The translations under genes and the position numbers were made by a program. The notes beneath the pieces are model-generated. The model did not search any database, was not told the origin of the DNA, and saw nothing but the letters and a program-made list of their open reading frames with translations. Of a DNA stretch of 58,252 nt, positions 55,321 through 58,252 are shown one piece after another. The stretch comes from a virus (taxonomy: Duplodnaviria; Caudoviricetes): positions 1-58,252 of IMG/VR virus record IMGVR_UViG_3300044802_000092. One strand, given 5' to 3'. How positions within the stretch are numbered: position 1 is the stretch's first letter; each line of letters begins with the position of its first letter.

Positions 55321-55692
55321 GTGAAAAAGTGCCTCACCCAAACAACTGCCGATACGGCTCCCGTCCACCTGGCGATTTGGTACTTCGAGCGCGGCGTCAA
55401 GATCTATAAAATTTCGCCCTGCGTGTGTGGCGACCTTTCCGGCGTGCGCGGCGATCTTACCGGCGTGAGCGGCTATCTTTCCGGCGTGCGCGGCGACCTT
55501 ACCGGCGTGCGCGGCGACCTTACCGGCGTGTATGGCGATCTTACCGGCGTGAGCGGCGACCTTACCGGCGTGTATGGCGATCTTACCGGCGTGAGCGGCT
55601 ATCTTTCCGGCGTGCGCGGCGATTTGGATGACGCCGAAATAACCAACGCCGATCGCGAACTTGGTGTTAACATTGCTGACCTAATTCAGTAA
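55321..55692 (+). CDS. Heptapeptide-repeat protein (GDLTGVx)
   Basis: About nine 21-bp repeats GGCGA(C/T)CTTACCGGCGTG-NNN. Confidence 0.75.
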   Translation: MKKCLTQTTADTAPVHLAIWYFERGVKIYKISPCVCGDLSGVRGDLTGVSGYLSGVRGDLTGVRGDLTGVYGDLTGVSGDLTGVYGDLTGVSGYLSGVRGDLDDAEITNADRELGVNIADLIQ

Positions 55693-55761
55693 TAAATTTG
55701 AGGGGCTTCGGCCCCTCATTAGTCCATTTTTAGGACAAACCGTTAAACATAGGAGAATAAC

Positions 55762-56043
55762 ATGACTAAGACTATCGTTACTGCGGTTATCGTCACTGAA
55801 GACAGCACTGTTGGCTTCTCCACCTGCGTTGCGGAAGACGGATCGCTGGAATAGGTAATCGACGGTGCAATTGAAACGGCCATTGAGCAATACGAAGAGG
55901 GAACGAATTGCTCCGTTCCCTCCTTGCATCGGGTGATTGTTCACGTCGATACGGTACCCCCGTTAAAGCACCGTATCACTAGTGTCCACCATGTTTTACC
56001 TGAGCAGGACAACGACGAAGTAATTACAACGACCTTGTCATAG
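55762..56043 (+). pseudogene. ORF interrupted by in-frame TAG
   Basis: AGGAG RBS, ATG 55762, TAG at 55852 (codon 31), frame open to 56043. Confidence 0.6.
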
Positions 56044-56129
56044 CACATTAGGGGATTCGGGGCAAATCCCGAATCCCCCCCTTAGTCCCTTTGTAAAAAT
56101 GGACATTTAGTAAAACATAGGGGAATAAC

Positions 56130-56381
56130 ATGCGGAAGTACCTAACCCTCAACGTTCAGCTTACGGCTTCGGTTAATGATTCGGTCACCAGTCTGGATGC
56201 TGTCAACGCGTTCGTTAATTGGCTCAAATACTCGCTTGTTCAGGGTCAACCGCTGTCCCGGGACGACCGCATTGATCTTATATTCGAGAAGCTGGGTCAG
56301 ATTAAGCTGGAGGACCTGACATTTTATCCTTGGCCCGAAGCCTCGCTCCCGCCTAAACCGGAAGATCTCACCGGAGTCTAA
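56130..56381 (+). CDS. Hypothetical early protein
   Basis: AGGGG RBS after cassette element. Confidence 0.7.
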   Translation: MRKYLTLNVQLTASVNDSVTSLDAVNAFVNWLKYSLVQGQPLSRDDRIDLIFEKLGQIKLEDLTFYPWPEASLPPKPEDLTGV

Positions 56382-56458
56382 ATATTGCAAGGGAGGATGG
56401 GTCGCCCCATCCTCCTGTTAGTCCCTTTTCGGACAGACTGTCAACAAAGGAGAACGTG

Positions 56459-56620
56459 ATGTTCAGATGTTGCGTAGCCACGTTACTAATACTGGTTTTC
56501 ACGCTTTCGGCCCGGGCCAACTATGGCAGCCGGTGCGGATACTGGCGGGCCACTTCTTCGCAGGTGTGGCACCCGCTGTGTGGGGGAAAACCGGTCTGGT
56601 CTCCCGCAGGTCTCAAATAA
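56459..56620 (+). CDS. Small secreted Cys-containing peptide (53 aa), not in ORF track
   Basis: AAGGAG RBS; MFRCCVATLLILVFTLSARA-NYGSRCGYWRATSSQVWHPLCGGKPVWSPAGLK. Confidence 0.6.
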   Translation: MFRCCVATLLILVFTLSARANYGSRCGYWRATSSQVWHPLCGGKPVWSPAGLK

Positions 56621-56668
56621 ATTTGAGGGGCCGAAGCCCCTCGTTTGCTTAAACTAAAGGAGGTAATA

Positions 56669-56872
56669 ATGTTTAAGCTTGGTTGTGCAATATTGACACT
56701 AGGACTGCTATTGGGGGCGGCCCCAGCGGTGGCACAGTACCCGGACGTTTGTCCTAACCACTGTGCCCGTAAGTGCCTGCAGTGGGTGCAGACAGAGGCT
56801 TACGGCGCCCGGTGTGTGCGAGTTGCCTGTATCTGCTCGCCCCGCCCCTGGCGGCAGAATCCCCCATATTGA
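56669..56872 (+). CDS. Secreted six-cysteine defensin-like peptide
   Basis: AAGGAGGT RBS; signal peptide ending AVA; C-x3-CxxxC-x12-C-x4-CxC. Confidence 0.7.
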   Translation: MFKLGCAILTLGLLLGAAPAVAQYPDVCPNHCARKCLQWVQTEAYGARCVRVACICSPRPWRQNPPY

Positions 56873-56943
56873 GGTCTAATTTGAGGGGGTTTCGACCCCC
56901 TCGCTTGGTCCATTTTTGGACAAACTGTCAAAAGGAGATATCA

Positions 56944-57138
56944 ATGAAACTTACCATTGAAATGCAAATGGACACCCCGGCTTTTACTCGGGCAAGTAAT
57001 AATCTGGAAGTGGCCCGCATTTTGATCAATCTTGCCCAGATATTCATGATGGGGCAGCCCCTTGTCGAGGGAGACCACGACATTTTGAAGGACATTCAAG
57101 ACTTAAGAATCGGATATTACGAAGTGGAAGACATCTAA
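56944..57138 (+). CDS. Conserved small phage protein
   Basis: MKLTIEMxMDxxAF...EVARIL...D; AAGGAG RBS. Confidence 0.75.
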   Translation: MKLTIEMQMDTPAFTRASNNLEVARILINLAQIFMMGQPLVEGDHDILKDIQDLRIGYYEVEDI

Positions 57139-57206
57139 GCGTTCTGGGCGGGGGCTGTAGCCCTCGCCCTCTAATCTGTGTCTAACTTTACCCTTGAGGA
57201 GACAAA

Positions 57207-57563
57207 ATGTCCGACGAAACCACCCCTCCCGTTTCCGAGCCCGTAAATGGCAACCTGGCCAGCCCCAACGCTCTTTTTATGGGGCTTGTCAAACATTGCC
57301 ACGACCATCTGGGTGTATTGGTGAATGGTCTCAGCGTTGCAATGGCCACATACCCTAAGGAAGTGCAAGTGGCAGCGTTGGCTGCGGCGTGCGGTGAGGT
57401 GTTGAGTCAGGCTTCGCTTTTGTCCAACATTCAGCACACACTGGCCCTGCGGGCAAAAATACGGGGGATGTTCAAGCAGGCCCTAGCCCAGTATGCCCCC
57501 GCCATTCAGCCCGGCGGTCCCTTGGCGACCATGCCTCCCGTTCCTCCGGCCAACCGCAATTAG
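57207..57563 (+). CDS. Hypothetical protein
   Basis: GAGGAG RBS. Confidence 0.7.
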   Translation: MSDETTPPVSEPVNGNLASPNALFMGLVKHCHDHLGVLVNGLSVAMATYPKEVQVAALAAACGEVLSQASLLSNIQHTLALRAKIRGMFKQALAQYAPAIQPGGPLATMPPVPPANRN

Positions 57564-57895
57564 TGGGGTTTATTACTAAACGTCCACGTGGCCTGATCCA
57601 GGCGGGATGTGAGTTTGGTGAGTTCCTGATTTATTGTGGAATGTAGCCGGTCATTCGCCTGGATGTTTTCCCTCAGCTCTCGATTAAGGTTTCCTAACTG
57701 TTGTTCGAGCCCTTCTACCCGCCGGACAATGTCGGCGGTTTTCAACTCGCACGCACTAATTCGGCCGCCAAAGCCAAACACCCCCATTTGACTCAGCAAC
57801 ATCAAGAGCACCACGGCGAAGTTTATGAGGCCGATAGTGGCCGCAATTTCCCCCCGAAGTTTGTAAACCCATTCTTTCATTTCGGTGCTTGACAT
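57560..57895 (-). CDS. Membrane-anchored coiled-coil protein (possible lysis accessory)
   Basis: One TM helix then heptad coiled coil; late-strand orientation. Confidence 0.6.
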   Translation of the reverse strand: MSSTEMKEWVYKLRGEIAATIGLINFAVVLLMLLSQMGVFGFGGRISACELKTADIVRRVEGLEQQLGNLNRELRENIQANDRLHSTINQELTKLTSRLDQATWTFSNKPH

Positions 57896-57931
57896 GGTCC
57901 CCGGCCTCTTAACTTAAGGAAGAATCTTAAC

Positions 57932-58225
57932 ATGGTAGACGTGTTGTTAGTTCGAAGAGCCGATGCCGGCCGCAGGGGATACATCTATGACATATATTTA
58001 GGCCCTGAAGTTTTGGCAAGCGGAGTCAGCCCCGAATACAAAACATGCCGGGGGCTGTTAGCCAGGGGTTATAACGGAAAAGTCAGATTTTGGAGGGCGG
58101 GCAGGAGGAGTCACGATTTTGAAATGGACATATCAAAATGTGCGGGTCGAACCCTTAGTGAGGGACAACACGGATTCAGCCTCGGCCGGTGGGCACCCTT
58201 CGAAGGGGTCTCAGGGGTTGGTTAA
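57932..58225 (+). CDS. Hypothetical protein
   Basis: AAGGAG RBS; CRxLLARGYxG...TLSEG...RWAPF. Confidence 0.7.
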   Translation: MVDVLLVRRADAGRRGYIYDIYLGPEVLASGVSPEYKTCRGLLARGYNGKVRFWRAGRRSHDFEMDISKCAGRTLSEGQHGFSLGRWAPFEGVSGVG

Positions 58226-58252
58226 CGCGCGCCGCCCCGCGATATCGGTCGA

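Noticed and set aside
1-58252. Genome-wide stop-codon reassignment, integrase/repressor, tRNAs, terminal repeats, diversity-generating retroelement
   Set aside because: Long genes read normally in code 11 and use all three stops; no integrase, reverse transcriptase, cloverleaf or end-to-end repeat was noticed by eye

Overview
The window appears to be a near-complete ~58 kb genome of a lytic-type tailed phage with a contractile tail (myovirus). An alphaproteobacterial host is my inference only. The minus strand (33.9 kb down to base 10) is one long late operon: NusG/RfaH-like antiterminator, terminase subunits, DUF1073-type portal fused to an inorganic-pyrophosphatase domain, MuF, DUF2213 protease/scaffold, DUF2184-type capsid, neck, sheath, tube, frameshifting chaperone, tape measure, baseplate, fibre and a holin-like gene. 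The plus strand (35-58 kb) carries replication and nucleotide genes (primase-helicase, family A DNA polymerase, class II RNR, SNF2 and UvrD helicases, an adenine MTase-HNH fusion), a PurZ0-like 2-aminoadenine (Z) biosynthesis cluster, and an array of small early genes. No integrase, repressor, tRNA or CRISPR was seen. The least expected content is an RNA-level layer. (1) A promoter-driven ~310-nt RNA of seven consecutive hairpins has a 4th loop complementary to an AACTGTCAA box placed beside the ribosome-binding site of at least six genes. (2) A hammerhead ribozyme and a decayed copy sit in early-gene leaders. (3) Two promoter-driven structured RNAs lie just after the portal gene. (4) A structured leader precedes the NusG paralog. 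The early array also encodes a secreted peptide with CS-alpha-beta defensin cysteine spacing. All family assignments come from motif recognition by eye; no database search was run.
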